Origin: Eledone cirrhosa
Taxonomy: Eukaryota
DNA length: 64,000 nucleotides
NCBI GenBank assembly: GCA_964016885.1
Contig: OZ024740.1
Span: 109,058,001-109,122,000, forward strand
Direction: 5' to 3'
Both the position numbers and the translations under genes were made by a program. Below are positions 41,086-55,066 of the stretch, one piece after another (the stretch's first letter is position 1; each line of letters starts with the position of its first letter). Under the pieces are notes generated by a model. That model was not told where the DNA came from. It made no database searches and saw only the letters and a program-made list of their open reading frames with translations.

Positions 41086-41290
41086 GAGCGGTGAATTGGC
41101 AGTATCAGTAGAGGGTTGGACGCCATGCTTTCTAGCATAGTTACGCCCCTTTACAGTCTGAGTTCAAATCCCGCAGAGGTTAACTTTGCCTTTCATCCTT
41201 ACGGGGTCAATAAAATAAAGTACTAGTAATGTACTGGTTAATTGCTGGCCTTGTGCCAAAAGTAGAAACAATTATTATTATCATTATTAT
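41086..41290 (+). mobile_element. tRNA-derived SINE family A
   Basis: Family A sequence directly after the Tx1 tail; an older degenerate copy follows at about 41293-41470. Confidence 0.9.
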
Positions 41291-41789
41291 CAGTAGATTG
41301 GTAAACTCGTTCGAACATTGGATGAAATACTTTGTTATAGTTCTTCACAATCTGAGTTCAACTTTGTCTTTCCTCCTTCCCAGATTGATAAACTAAAATA
41401 CCAGTTAAGTACTATTGACCTTCCCTCTGCACTAATTGCTGGTCTTGAACCTAAATTAGAAACCATTATTTAGTTAACCAAACCTGCCTTCCCCATAAAA
41501 ATGTCTGGCCTTATGCCTCTTTTAACCCCTTTGATAGAAACCTGATTAAAAGTGCCTCTGGTTCTATAACCCCCCCCCCATCCTATTTAAATTAAAACTT
41601 TCCAACATAATTTTATATAAGAACCATTTCATATGCTATGTTACAAATAGTATCTTAATAATGAACTAATAAATAATTTTAGTAAATCCCCACTCCCAAA
41701 TTTTTCATTAATTAATTCAAATACGGTATGTTAGAAATATTGTCACAAAAGTTTGAGAAATTATTATTATAGTCTTTGTTATAAACCTT

Positions 41790-41892
41790 TCTCTCACACA
41801 AAAACCCCACACTGTACCGTCTTTATTGTCTTCTTAATTTAAGCCCTGTGTGGCTAACAAAGAAACCATTGTTATTATTATTATTATTATTC
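41790..41892 (+). mobile_element. Tx1-type extreme 3' fragment
   Basis: AAAACCCCACACTGT..GCCCTGTGTGGCTAACAAAGAAACCATTG(TTA)n resembles the Tx1 3' end. Confidence 0.5.
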
Positions 41893-43063
41893 ATTGTTAA
41901 TATTTCCTCATCACGTGTGTTGACCAGGAAGGCCAGGCTATTTTCCTCTTCTGTCTGGTGACTATGATGATTAAAAGGATTAAGGACAGACATTTTGACC
42001 AAACCCTCATTAACTTCATCTGGTGACTATAGTAAAAGAGTATGTAAGATTGTAGATAATTGAAAGGACTAAGGACAGACACTATGATCAAGCCCTCATT
42101 AATCTCTTCAAGTTTCTACTAAGTGAGGATTAAGAGAAAGGTGCTGTCCTCCAGTTAATTAGCTGTAAGGTGCAGCAACTATAGAAGAGGAACATTTTTG
42201 CCATAAACACAGTCTTATTTTAATATCAAGTACAATTTTGTGCTTATTAATTAGTGAAATCTATATGAGTTAACAGTACCAATCTATATTGTGACTAGTG
42301 AATGACTAATATTGTTGAATTCTGATACTAATTCGGATAAGATTAGTCTGTCGTAGATTAGTCTACTAATGTTATTTAGCAATAGGCTTTGCCTTTTAGA
42401 AATTAATCACTCAGTGTAAAACAGAAGACTCGAAACAGAAGTGCTTCACTTTAAATTCTTTGCATGAAAACCTGTTATTTGATATGAATGAATAATAAGC
42501 TGCAAAGAATAGAGTGAGAACTGTTATTCTCTATCTGTCTCTCTCTCTTTTCACCTCCTCCCCCTCTCTTCACCCCGTCTTACCTACATCTCTTTCTCTT
42601 CACCCCTCCTCTCTTTCTTTCTTTCTTCAACGAAGAAAGATCTATAATTGATAATCTTGATGCGATGTAAGTAATAAATCTCTTGGGCACTTTTAAGAAA
42701 CACGTTTATAACAGTGCAAAGGGGAGTTCACGGGATATTATATATATATATATATATATAAGAGAGAGAGAGAGAGAAGGGGAGATGAAAAAGAAATGAA
42801 AGTGAGGAAGAGCAGCAGTTGGTGCTGTGAATTAGTCTGCAGCAACAGTAACAGATGATGCAGGTGGTATCTACAGACAGCTACAGGTCTTGGAAATATT
42901 GAAGAAAGCGGCATAGAAATGGAGGAGAATCTGAAATTGCCTTATAGCTTTTGACAAATAAAACAAGTTAACACACACACGAAAAAAGCTAAGAACAAAA
43001 ACAATATCTAAGAAGAAGAAAAAAATGAAAGAAACCAGAACGAAATGAATGCAGTGTAAAATA

Positions 43064-43253
43064 ATAATTTTTCTACTATTGGCACAAGGTCAGCAATTAT
43101 CCTGTACATTACTGGTACTTTATTTTATCGACCCCGTAAGGATAAAAGGCAAAGTTAACCTCGGCGGGATTTGAACTCAGAATGACAAGGGCCGTAACTC
43201 TATGCGTCAAAGCATGGCGTCCGACCCTCTACCGATACTGTCAATACACCGCC
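43064..43253 (-). mobile_element. tRNA-derived SINE family A with 18-bp TSD
   Basis: Direct repeat GCAGTGTAAAATAATAAT at 43051-43068 and 43254-43271. Confidence 0.92.
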
Positions 43254-44634
43254 GCAGTGTAAAATAATAATGTAGTAGTAGTGGTGGTGGTAATGGTAGT
43301 AGTAGTGATGATAGTAGTAGTTTTGAGGAGATATTGGTCTCTATCCCGAACTAACTACACTTCTAAGAAAATAACAATGACAATGGTGATGATGATGAAG
43401 ATTTGCTAGCGAGGAAAACGAGCGTTAAATGATTATGATGATGTTGATGCGGTTGAGGAGAATGATAATAATAAATATGATTTCTTAATTCGCAACAAAG
43501 GCATGCTCATCGAATACAGTAAACAACGACATAATAATTTAATAGTAATGTAATTTGAAAAAACAAAAAACAAAAACGAGGTTTGGAGGTTTTGTAAGAA
43601 ATACAGCAGCTGGATAAAAGACTTTGATCTAAGTGTGATGATGTATAGAGAAGAAATGTGTGTGTGGGCATGATGAATGAAAAAGATTGGTGAATAACTA
43701 TACGTAGGAATGAGAGAGGAGTGGTGCACGTATGTAATTGAAGAACTGTGGACATTGCGACAGCGGAGTGGAGCAGGAGGACAAAAGCAACAGAAAAACT
43801 GTGTATGCCGCAGTCAGAGGAAGATGATGATGGTGATGACAACTATGGTGATGATGATGGCAATGACGTCGACGAGATGGCGATGATGGTGGTGTCAATG
43901 ATGATTATGATGATGAGACTACGACGACGGTAGCAATTATAATGATAGTGATGATGATGATGACGACGCTGAGGATAGGACCATGCAGACAAATAACCAT
44001 GCTTTCAGTGGAATTTTTCGGCAACATTTTATTGACAAGCACGTATGAATCATTTACAACCATATCGAATATCTTATCGTCATCACTGTCGTTATTTTTA
44101 CAACGATGAAGAAGACGACAAACTGTAGGATATTAATATCTCGTTTCATTTCATGCTACCAAACATTATGGCAGCTGTAGTAGTAGTATTAATAGCAGCA
44201 GTAATAGTAGTAGTAAAGTTAACGCTAAGGCATTGTAATACATACAGGTTGGCTTTTATTCTGTTAAACAAAATTATGAACATGGTTGATACACGCATCA
44301 AAACAGACATGTAATATATATATATGTATGTGTATATGCATGTATGTGTGTGTGTATATAAATTATACACCCACACCTTGGTAGGCTGTCCGAAAAGATA
44401 TTAGATGACCCCCTCCCCCATATATATATATATAATATATATATTCAATACAACACTACCATTAAACAAAATATTACATGTCTGAATCAGTAAACTTTCT
44501 AGGTTTCTTTGAAATATTATAGTTATACAACAAGTAATATGATAACTTCTTGTCTTGTTAGAGAATTGGAATTGGTCACACACAGAAATCCATAGGGTAA
44601 GGCATCTAGGTGTTCTAAAGATTTCACTTTTTTT

Positions 44635-44675
<41 letters not shown>

Positions 44676-44806
44676 GGTAAATATTGATTCAATTCAAGCA
44701 CTCAACGTACTTTTTCCGCATAGGAGTGACGGAGTAAATATCGTATAAAAAATATATATCACAGCATTATTATTAAAGGATTTGAAGATCTGAAACTACT
44801 TCGCTT

Positions 44807-44874
<68 letters not shown>

Positions 44875-45429
44875 TAATAATAGTGATTTCATAATTCTGC
44901 GTAGAACTGCGGCGAAACACTACCCAGGGTTCCAAATATTTTGAAATTGCCAACGAGAAGAAAATTAGATTTTTCTCCTCGTGTAATAAAATTAAGCCAT
45001 TTTTTGTTTGTTTTGATAACTGCAGCAGCCTTCTTTAACACGAGATTGTAATAATAATAATGATTTCTGATTTATGGACAAGGCCAACAATTTTGGGAGA
45101 GGAGAAATTCGATTAAATCAACCAGTACATTCCTGGTACTTTATTTTATTGAAGGTTGTATATGTGTATGTATGTATGTATTTAATACCCCCCCCCCCAC
45201 CAACCCGTTTAACGGATCAAATAACATTGTACAAGCACTACGGTTACAACAGAAAATACATACCATTCAACTTCACTGTGAAGTGAGAGGTAAAAATTAC
45301 ATGTTTCTTGTTATATAATTGAATAATATATTGTGCATTCATGTACACTGCATTAATGCTTAAACAATATAAAAAATACACCTTCGACGTAACGCCTTCA
45401 CTTCCTATTAGTTTCAATTGAGGATTTAC

Positions 45430-45471
<42 letters not shown>

Positions 45472-45600
45472 GAAGATAAATAGATAGCGACAACTAAGTT
45501 GTGTATATATAAATATATACATATATATGTGTGTGTGTATTGTAGATAAATAGAAAGCAGCAACTAAAGTGAGTACATGTATATATATATATATATATAT

Positions 45601-45930
45601 AATATATAAGATCAAAAGATGGTTAAAAGAGTTCCATGTATTTTATTATGCGCATTTCAAAAACAAATATCATCATGCAATAACATTTGCGTTTTCGTCA
45701 AGTGTGTTTTAACCTTCATATCATGTCTCCCTATTTTATCTGACGAAAACGCAAATGTTATTGCATGATGATATTTGTTTTTGAAATGCGCATAATAAAA
45801 TACATGGTACTCTTTTAACCATCTTTTGATCTTATATATTATTTATACTCCAGTCCTACAAACTGTAGAGTGCTACTTATCCGATATCTGCATTGCTTTA
45901 TTGTACTACAATAAAACTTACCTCCTACAC
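45601..45930 (+). mobile_element. Fold-back PLE-like terminus (family H1, second locus)
   Basis: 100-bp inverted arms 45601-45700 and 45741-45840 plus a 90-nt tail; near-identical to the sequence at 14783-15455; in (TA)n. Confidence 0.75.
45732..45802 (+). ncRNA. Type-I minimal hammerhead ribozyme
   Basis: TATTTTAT-CTGACGA-[stem II]-GAAA-TGCGCA-TA-ATAAAATA; same fold as 15348-15418 with a change at the tolerated N7 position. Confidence 0.8.
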
Positions 45931-45948
45931 ATATATATATATATATAT

Positions 45949-47480
45949 AGTCCCTCGTTCCATTATCTGGTGGGCTCTTAGAAAACTAGGAGTAGATGAG
46001 TGCTTGTGAAGGCAGTACAAGCCATGTATAGAGGAAGTCAGCAAAGTTAGAATTAACAATGACTATAGTGAAGAATTTAGCGTGCAGGTAGGTGTCCACC
46101 GGGGCTCCGCCCTAAGCCCTCTACCTTTTATTATCATCGTAAACAAAAGAGTTTAAAACTGGCTGCCCATAGGAACCTCTGTTGCAGATGATCTAACCCT
46201 TATAGCTGAAACTATGGCAGAACTAGAGAATAAAAAGTTCTTAAAGTTAACTTGTATGTAGAAAGGAAAACGAGCCCAGATTCCTTCAGGGAAATGGCCG
46301 TATTCAATGTGCAGGAAATGTGTAGGTAGAAATTCCATATTATGTCCCAAATGCAAGCTATGAGTACACAAAAGATGTACAGGCAGGCTATCAAAGAACG
46401 TAGGTTTTATATGCGGCCGATGCACAGGTGCAGTAAGTAGCATGAGCCCACAAGATACTAGCTCCTTCAAATGCCCAGAGGTCTCTATAGAAATAGTGAA
46501 CAGTTTCTGTTACCTGGATGACCAAATTAGAAGTGGAGGAGAGTGTTCCGAAAGTACAATAGCCAGAGTAAGAACGGGATGGAGAAAGTTCAGGGAGCTA
46601 CTACGTTTTTCCTTCAAAATAAAGGACAGGTTGTATGATGCATGTATACGAACAATGTTGCTTGCTAGTGAGACTTGGGCATTGTGTGCAGAGGACCTAT
46701 GAAGATCGGAAAGAGCAAAGAGTAAATGAACTGAGAGAGAAACTGGGCATAAGAGGGATCAGATGCAGTATGTACGAGAGGAGATTGCGTTGGTATGGGC
46801 ATGTGATGCATATGAAAGATGAGAGCTCTATAAGTATAAAAAGGTGTAGGGCGATCAAAGTTGATGGAAGCTAGGGAGTAGGAAGACCTGGGATAAGGTG
46901 ATAGAAGTTGACCTTGCACAATTGTACCTCTCAAAGGCGATGGCATAGGATCGAACTCTTTGGCATTATGCAGTAATACAGAAGACCTGCCTTCCCATGC
47001 GCATGGGTTGAAAGAAAAGCATACATCTAGTTAACATTAAGTTAACCCCATATCCCCCCACCTCCCCCGCCCTAGCACTCCACCCACACCTTATCCTTTT
47101 CCCACGCCTTTACAACCCGCCCGCATCAGTCCTCCTGTAATGTGGTACCACGACAAAAAGCATCCAGCCCATACTGTAAAGTGGTCGTGTTGGTATCACG
47201 CCAAAAAGCACCAAGCCTTACACTGTAAAGTGGTCGTTACGGTGCAACGGTAAAATGCACCCAGTTCACATTGTAAAGTGGTCGTGTAGGTGTCAAGACA
47301 AAAAGCACCCAGCACACACTGTAAATGTGGTTGGCGTTAGGAAGGGCATCCAGCTGTAGAAACCAAGCCAGAAACAGTTCTGCATAAGCAAGACACGGTC
47401 ACCTGACCTGACTTGCCTCAAAAGTGACAACCCGTCTAATCCATGCTAACATGGAAAATAAATGTTAAAGGATGATAATA
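45949..47480 (+). mobile_element. RTE-clade LINE, heavily decayed
   Basis: VPRSIIWWALRKLG-like start, ARVRTGWRKFREL and RRLRWYGHVM; 3' UTR with ~51-bp tandem repeats at about 47140-47340. Confidence 0.88.
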
Positions 47481-48532
47481 TTTATACACATGCAGACACA
47501 CACATGTATGTATGATATAATCACCGGTAAAAAGTTGTTTGATGAGGAACAGTGGTAAGGAAGTCGACTAGAGAGGGATTCTTTGTATGGCAGAATGGTA
47601 CGGTATATGTTGTGTGCCGGGTCTTGAGGTTAACTTGCCTTTCATCTTTTCATGGTTGATCAAATAAAACACCAGTCAAATAATCGGCTTCCACATTCCC
47701 CCAAAATGTTGTACTTGTGTCTAAGGGCTCTTTAAGAACAAATCCCGCTGAGGTCAATTTTGCTTTTTATATAGGTTGATAAAATAAAGTACCAGGGTCA
47801 ATATAATCAACTTTCCCAATAAACCCAAATTGCTGGCCTTGCGCATTAATCGTTAGAACGCCAGCCTTGCGGTAATCAGTGAGGTTGAGTTTGCCTTTTA
47901 TCCTTCCCAGGTCGATAAAATAAAGTACCCGTGAAATATTGAGGTCGATTTTGTCGACTAACTACTCTCCAGTTATTATTATGAAAGAAAGAAGAAAAAA
48001 AATGAAATAATTATTATTATGGCATTGTTCCAATATTTAAATAAAACATCATCATTGTTACCTACATCACCGCTATCATCGTCACTATCCCCACTACCCC
48101 CTACATTATCATTATTATCAACAAATACCATCACCATAATTATCATATCTACAACCACCGCTACTATTATCATTAACCACCACCACCGCCGTCGTAGTCG
48201 AGCGACAAATTTCCAATGCTTGCTGCTGATTCATACGAGCAACAATTGCCGCCTGTTTTGTTTTTTGTATTTATATTATATTTCTATCACTCGATATTGT
48301 AAAACTCATAAAGAGGGAAACAAGCCACACATATACACACCTTAGTTGCTGCTATCTATTGATGAAAAAGGGTTCGATAATTCGAACATGCGGGGCAGGC
48401 ACAATGTCATTTATAATTGGTAAGTCGTGGTAGACTATAGTAACAACTAATACACACATAATAATAAATGTAGTCAAGCCTCATACACAGATATTGTGAG
48501 TGTATAATAATATGGGCGTGTATGAGTATATA

Positions 48533-48846
48533 CTCTCGGGTCCTCCAAAATGGGGGGGGGGGGGTAATTTTTCTAGGTTGTCTTCGTTGATTTTAAAAAA
48601 AACACAACAGAATTAGTCGTTTAGTTTACATATTGAGACCCCAACCCACCCTATTTATTTTATAACGTATGGGATTTATAGTAATATACTTTTTTTTTGT
48701 CATGTATAAAGAAAATTAATTGTCGCAGGAATGCTACCACTTAAAATAAAATTTCGCTAAAGATAGATTAGCAAAATTTAATAAGTGGGTGGTGGGTTGG
48801 AAAAAAATTAATAAGTGGGATGGGGGGATTATTCTAGACCCGAGAG
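48533..48846. mobile_element. Putative MITE with TA target duplication
   Basis: Terminal inverted repeat CTCTCGGGTC (48533-48542) / GACCCGAGAG (48837-48846), flanked by TATA on both sides; non-coding interior. Confidence 0.55.
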
Positions 48847-50567
48847 TATATATATATATACACATATTATTATAGAAATAACTTCTACAGGGCTAGAACT
48901 GATGGGTTCTTATAAATGAAACAATTTTAGTTCTGTAGAAGTCATTTCGCTAATAAAATGTAAATGCATATACTCTACTAACGTATTGAGTACCTGTGAT
49001 CACCTCCCGATTTCCACCGGGAATCTATATGTATGTGTATGTATATACATATATATAAATACACACACACTAAACTATATCTAATAAAATATATCTTGTT
49101 GCTAGTGTATATACACTCAGTACACAATGACTATATATGCACAGGTACACAGTATATTAGAAAATGGTAAATTCTACAAAAGAACTGATTCAGCTAGTCA
49201 TGTCGATTTTTCGACCACCAACTCTTCCGCTTTCTATCGATTTTTATACAATGCAGTATATAGCAGTAGTTGTTCTACTAGTTGTTTCAATCAACTCCAC
49301 CTACACAGACCCTCCTCTCTCACTCTCTTTATATTCACTACTACTAACACCAGCTGTTGTAGTAGTAGTAATAGTAGTAATTAATATTGCACACACGGAA
49401 AAAGATATTTTATAAACCGACACAGGATTGAATAAAAATAAAACTTTCATTTTCATTCTTTATTAATGATAATTCAATGGAATTTAATGTACATTTTCAG
49501 AGTAAAATCTTTCACTTGTGCGTGCGCGCAGATACTCGTGTATAAGTCGCAGCTCTCTTCTGCCTGCATACATTTACAATGTACCATATATTGTGAATTG
49601 AGGTTTTGTAATACAAGTCCAGTGAAAGGATGAGGCGCGGGAAAAGATGCAACTTATACACGAGTATATATCGTATGTATATATGTATGTAAGTATACAT
49701 ACATATATACGAATTAACCATTAAGCAAAACAAGTACATGCTTAAGGCATCAAGTGAAAAAGGACATCTTTTTATTCAAATTGATGTGTGTGTATGTGTG
49801 TATAAATAGATTTAAATTGTTTAATATATTATACGTTTTTTTAAATACTGGCAAAGAGTATTGATTATATGTTATGCATAAAAATGAATAACAGTAGATT
49901 AGAATTAAATTTTGAAATTTAAAATTACGGTAGAAATCGATCAAATATATATTTTCAAGAAATCATATATATCATATGAAATTAACCACGAAATCGATAA
50001 AGACGAAGTTAAATCACACGTTGCAGTAATTCTTGAGCTAGGGAGAAAGAGATAGATTGATAAATACATCGAAAGGTAGATAGATAGACCGGCAGAGATA
50101 ACGATATAGGAAGATGTATAGATAGGATAGATAGACACCTAATTATATTAATTGACAGAAAATAGAATTATCATTTTCTATTAAAATAATTAAAAATACT
50201 ACACTTTCTGAAGAATTGATATTGGGTATTTAAGAGATTGATCATTTCAGGGTGTGATGAAGCAAGAACTGTTACCATGCCAACATTTGAAATAAACATT
50301 AAGGTAGTTATACACACACCATGTTTTTTTTTTTATATGTATGTGTAATATATATAAATATATATATGAGACCACACCTTTATAAGCACTAACAATTACC
50401 AACAAATGTTTCTTTCTAATTATGGTTGAAATTATGAAAAAATTCTGCGAAGAGTAATAACATAAAAGGAAAAATGTGACGGCTTATTGATAGACACATA
50501 CACATGTACATTATATATATATATATACGATATTAATAAATGGAAACTATATTTATAAAACCATATT

Positions 50568-50632
50568 TATTTCATTATACATATTTCAGGGATACCAAAT
50601 TAAAATATGGTATGCCTTCATCAGACAAAATA
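50568..50632 (-). ncRNA. Type-I minimal hammerhead ribozyme (mirror copy)
   Basis: Exact reverse complement of 50684-50748. Confidence 0.7.
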
Positions 50633-50683
50633 CAATATATAAACAGTTTTATAAATATTATTTATAAAACTGTTTATATATTG

Positions 50684-50748
50684 TATTTTGTCTGATGAAG
50701 GCATACCATATTTTAATTTGGTATCCCTGAAATATGTATAATGAAATA
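50684..50748 (+). ncRNA. Type-I minimal hammerhead ribozyme
   Basis: TATTTTGT-CTGATGA-AGGCATACCA..TGGTATCCCT-GAAA-TATGTA-TA-ATGAAATA; stem I 8 bp with two G-U pairs; quasi-palindromic stem III; AUA triplet. Confidence 0.75.
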
Positions 50749-50875
50749 AATATGGTTTTATAAATATAGTTTCCATTTATTAATATCGTATATCTACTCC
50801 AAAAACTTGTCGAGTGCTTTATATCAGTTATAAAATATTTACTTGTTGTATCACAACAATTTTAAATAGAACTTT

Positions 50876-50915
<40 letters not shown>

Positions 50916-51309
50916 AACACATGCTATACAAACACACTCATCCACAAACACATATCGAGGAAACGAGGGAGTCATTGAACCTGTTAGAAATACCAGCCAA
51001 ATTCTCCTCAAACCACACCCTATAGTCTAAAATATGCATACATTGGATAATATAGTCCAGAGCACACAATTCCCGAAAGAAAAGAAAAGAAACCAGTTGG
51101 TCACGGCTGGAATATATTTGATAACATGGTTGCTCGATCAGGATTGACTTGGTGCTCATCAAACACACAGACAGATACATATACACGAGTGTTTGCTAAT
51201 ATAGAAATATCCTATCTATATCAGATGAAAGAGGTTAGAAGTAGATTTGAGATGTAAGTGAAATGGAACGGTCGGCGCCTTATGGTTGAAGTTAAAGCAA
51301 GGGGGAAAT

Positions 51310-51968
51310 AGGATGGGAGTGGACCGGACAGATGTGATGACTGTGGAGGTGTAGGCAGCAGTCTGTTGGACAGGACAGATGTAATGACTGTAAAGGGTGG
51401 GAGTGGGTGGAGGTGTAGGCAGCAATCTGTTGGACCGGTCAGATGTGATGACTGTGGAGGATGTGAGTGGAGGTGTAGGCAGCTATCTGTTGGACCGGAC
51501 AGATGTAATGACTGTAAAGGATGGGAGTGGGTGGAGGTGTAGGCAGCAATCTGTTGGACCGGTCAGATGTGATGACTGTGGAGGTGTAGGCAGCTATCTG
51601 TTGGACCGAACAGATGTGATGACTGTGGGTGGGTTCGGGAATGGATGCAACAATCTGTTGGTCCGGACAGATGTGATGACTGTGGATGGGTGTGGGAATG
51701 GAGGCAGCAATCTGTTGGACCGGACAGATGTGATGACTGTGGATGGGTGTGGGAATGGAGGCAGCAATCTGTTGGACCGGACAGATGTGATGACTGTGGA
51801 TGGGTGTGGGAATGGAGGCAGCAATCTGTTGGACCGGACAGATGTGATGACTGTGGATGGGTGTGGGAATGGAGGCAGCAATCTGTTGGACTGGACATGT
51901 GATGACTGTAGAGGATGGGACTGGGTGTGAAGGCAATAATCTGTTGAACCGGACAGATGTGATGACTG
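51310..51968. repeat. Minisatellite, ~57-bp unit, about 11-12 copies
   Basis: Unit GGAGGCAGCAATCTGTTGGACCGGACAGATGTGATGACTGTGGATGGGTGTGGGAAT; perfect copies at about 51680-51890, diverged and shortened at the edges. Confidence 0.92.
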
Positions 51969-52266
51969 GATTGAGTGACAGATACTGCATTGCAGACATG
52001 TTGATTGAATACATGTCAGCTGGGAAGAAAAAATAACAACGGATGTTGAGACGGTCACTAATAAGGATGATGATGGTGGTGGTAGTGGTAGTGGTAGTCG
52101 GGGTGCCAGAGGTAGAGGTCGTGAGAAAAAATGAATTGAGAAGATTGGAGATATATAGAGATGAGATAGATAAATATGAACATGTGAATATATATATATA
52201 TAAAGCACGAGTGTTTAGAAAACTGAGAGTGGAAGTTGAAGATTGAATTAGAATATTTCACCATAG

Positions 52267-52390
<124 letters not shown>

Positions 52391-53859
52391 CAGGCAGGCA
52401 GGTAGGTTAATTTAGGCAAGCAGACAGAAATAAACATAGACAGACATATGGATAGATAGAAATATAGATACACAGACACAGATAAAAAAAGAAAGAAAAG
52501 TATAGATAGGATCGATAATACATACATGTATACATATATAATATAGCATAAGCGCATATATATATAGGTATATATGGAAATATAAACATATAAAACGTAA
52601 TATATATATATATATATAGTTATTGGTAAACAGAGACGCGAGAAATGACATAAAAAGGTGAGAGTAAAATGAATGGTAGTGGGGAGAAAGAGACTGGGGG
52701 GGGGTGTAGTGAAGATGGTAGAAAAACATGTTAGTTTACGACCTGACACGATTGAGTAAAGCTAGTAGCAGTATTTTATAATCTCAGTAGTAGTAGTGGT
52801 GGTGGTGATGGTAGTAGTAGTAGTAGTCATGGTGATGGTGGTAGTAGTAATAGTTTGGCCGCAAACCTAGCCTTGATGTAGTAAGATGTAATTATCGGCA
52901 GGCGTTCTAAACACGATCATCTCTCCCTTCTTTGTGGGAAAGGGTTCTCAGAATAGTATATCTAGGACTACATGATCAAATGTATCCATTTGTTCGTTTC
53001 TTTATTTTTTTAAGGTGTGTGTAATTTGAAGGGAATATGGTTGTTGTTTCTAGCAAACAGGCGAGCGACCTTGTTCAGATTGCCGTATTAGAAGTGTTTA
53101 GACGGCGGCTCTGGCCGTGAAGAAATAGCAACAGTTATAAATATTTAAGATTAATGAATGATGAAGATAGTGGAGGTAACGATGGTGGTGGTGATGAAGG
53201 TGGTGGTGGTGACTATGATGGTAGTGATGAAGTAGGTTGTGACGATGATGGTGATGATGATGATTTCTTAACTGGCTAATGAAGCAACAATCTCGTAATG
53301 TTAAGCATACCTTCGTCGTTTGTGGTACAGAAAATAAAGTTTTTCGTCGTGTATGAAAAAACGGGTGGTTGTGGCGTTCACACCTTTCCCGAGTTTTCAC
53401 TGACAGTATCGTTAGAATGTCGGTCAAAATATCCACGGTATTTTAGGGACTTTTGTATTCAAATCATACCAAGGCCAACTTACTTTGCCTTCCATCCTTC
53501 CGGAGTGGATAAAATGAAGTACCAGTGAAACAGTGGGGTCAACTTATATTCCTATAATGTATTCGAGGTGTACATGGAAATATAATAGAAGACTACATGT
53601 ACAATAGAAAGCCTTCAGGTGAGTAACGATTATCACACATTATCACACACATACCTCCATATATTTGTGGCCTTGTGACTAAGTGAAACATCATAAACCA
53701 ATGATGATGGCCGTGATGGTGATAATGATGATGATAATGATGATGGCGATGAAGATGTGATAATGATAATGATGCTGCGATAAGCTCATGATGACAAATG
53801 CAATGATGATGATGAAGACGTGATTATGATACTGCTGATGTAATGTGATACGTTATAAT

Positions 53860-53922
<63 letters not shown>

Positions 53923-53925
53923 TAC

Positions 53926-53977
<52 letters not shown>

Positions 53978-54264
53978 CGCAATTGTGAAAGTAACAGTAA
54001 AACACTTAGACAAACCGTTAGGGCAATTGAAATAAGGGAAGGACATATTAGACACATGTATGAGTTTGTGTGTACGTCTGTGTGTGTGCGTGTGAATGTG
54101 TGTATTTATTTGCATCTAGTTAAGAAACATGAGAGCAATGGTTAATGAAACAATCAGCTTCCGAACATTTAAAGTTCTACGTTTCATATTGAGTCCTCAA
54201 TTTTTTTATACCCCGTTGCACAATTTCAGTTGTCAAAACGCGCCTACACACAAACACAAACATC

Positions 54265-54307
<43 letters not shown>

Positions 54308-54309
54308 CA

Positions 54310-54480
54310 GATAGGGTGTGGTAAAAACCAGCTAGACCATAAGCCACCAGAGTACTCGGTACTTGGGGTAGTAGCGTGGGTAATATGGAAAGATTCAGGA
54401 CCCCGACGACTGAGCTCCGGGGGTTTCAACAGAAGTCGAAACGGCCGAAGCCCAGTCGTCGGGCTCCTGAATTTTTTCAC
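54310..54480. repeat. Short dispersed hairpin element (second partial copy at 57080-57190)
   Basis: Shared GGGTGTGGTAA..GACCATAA..GAGTACTCGG and GTCGAAACGGCCG..AGTCGTCGGG..CCTGAA; internal inverted repeat at about 54394-54471. Confidence 0.65.
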
Positions 54481-54484
54481 ACAC

Positions 54485-54521
<37 letters not shown>

Positions 54522-54703
54522 TAGATACATGTATGTATTTAAAAGAAGTTAAGGGCCGAAACACTTGCTTGAGTGGGGTTTCTTCTCTGAAAACCTGGTG
54601 TCCAGCTCTCCTGAGAGTTTCTTACCACTTAAAACGTAGAACACGTGGAAAATAAACCATACATACAGTAATATAAACATACACACACACACACACACAC
54701 ACA

Positions 54704-54754
<51 letters not shown>

Positions 54755-55066
54755 ATATATATAAATCGGGTTGTGTGGTTACCGGGATAATGTATATATA
54801 AATTGGGTTGTGTGGTTACTGTGACTATATATATATATATATATATGTATATTTAATATGCATTATGTTCATTGTAAATGGTCTTTTTTTTTGTAATACA
54901 TTCTATACCTAGATACAGGTATACACCCCATATATATATACATACACACACACACGTGTGTGTGTATGTATGTATGTATGTATGCATAAACAATATATTT
55001 AAGAGGGATGTAGCAACAAATATGTATATATATACACATACATATATACTCACTCTTTTAATGTAT

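Larger units (their letters stand above)
50523..50878. mobile_element. Perfect-palindrome PLE-like terminus (family H3)
   Basis: 271-bp palindrome 50523-50793 centred on 50658, then an ~85-nt tail starting TACTCCA; (TA)n on both sides. Confidence 0.75.

Noticed and set aside
51397-52208. Repetitive ORFs and CRISPR-like periodicity
   Set aside because: Tandem minisatellite without unique spacers; eukaryotic context; no cas genes
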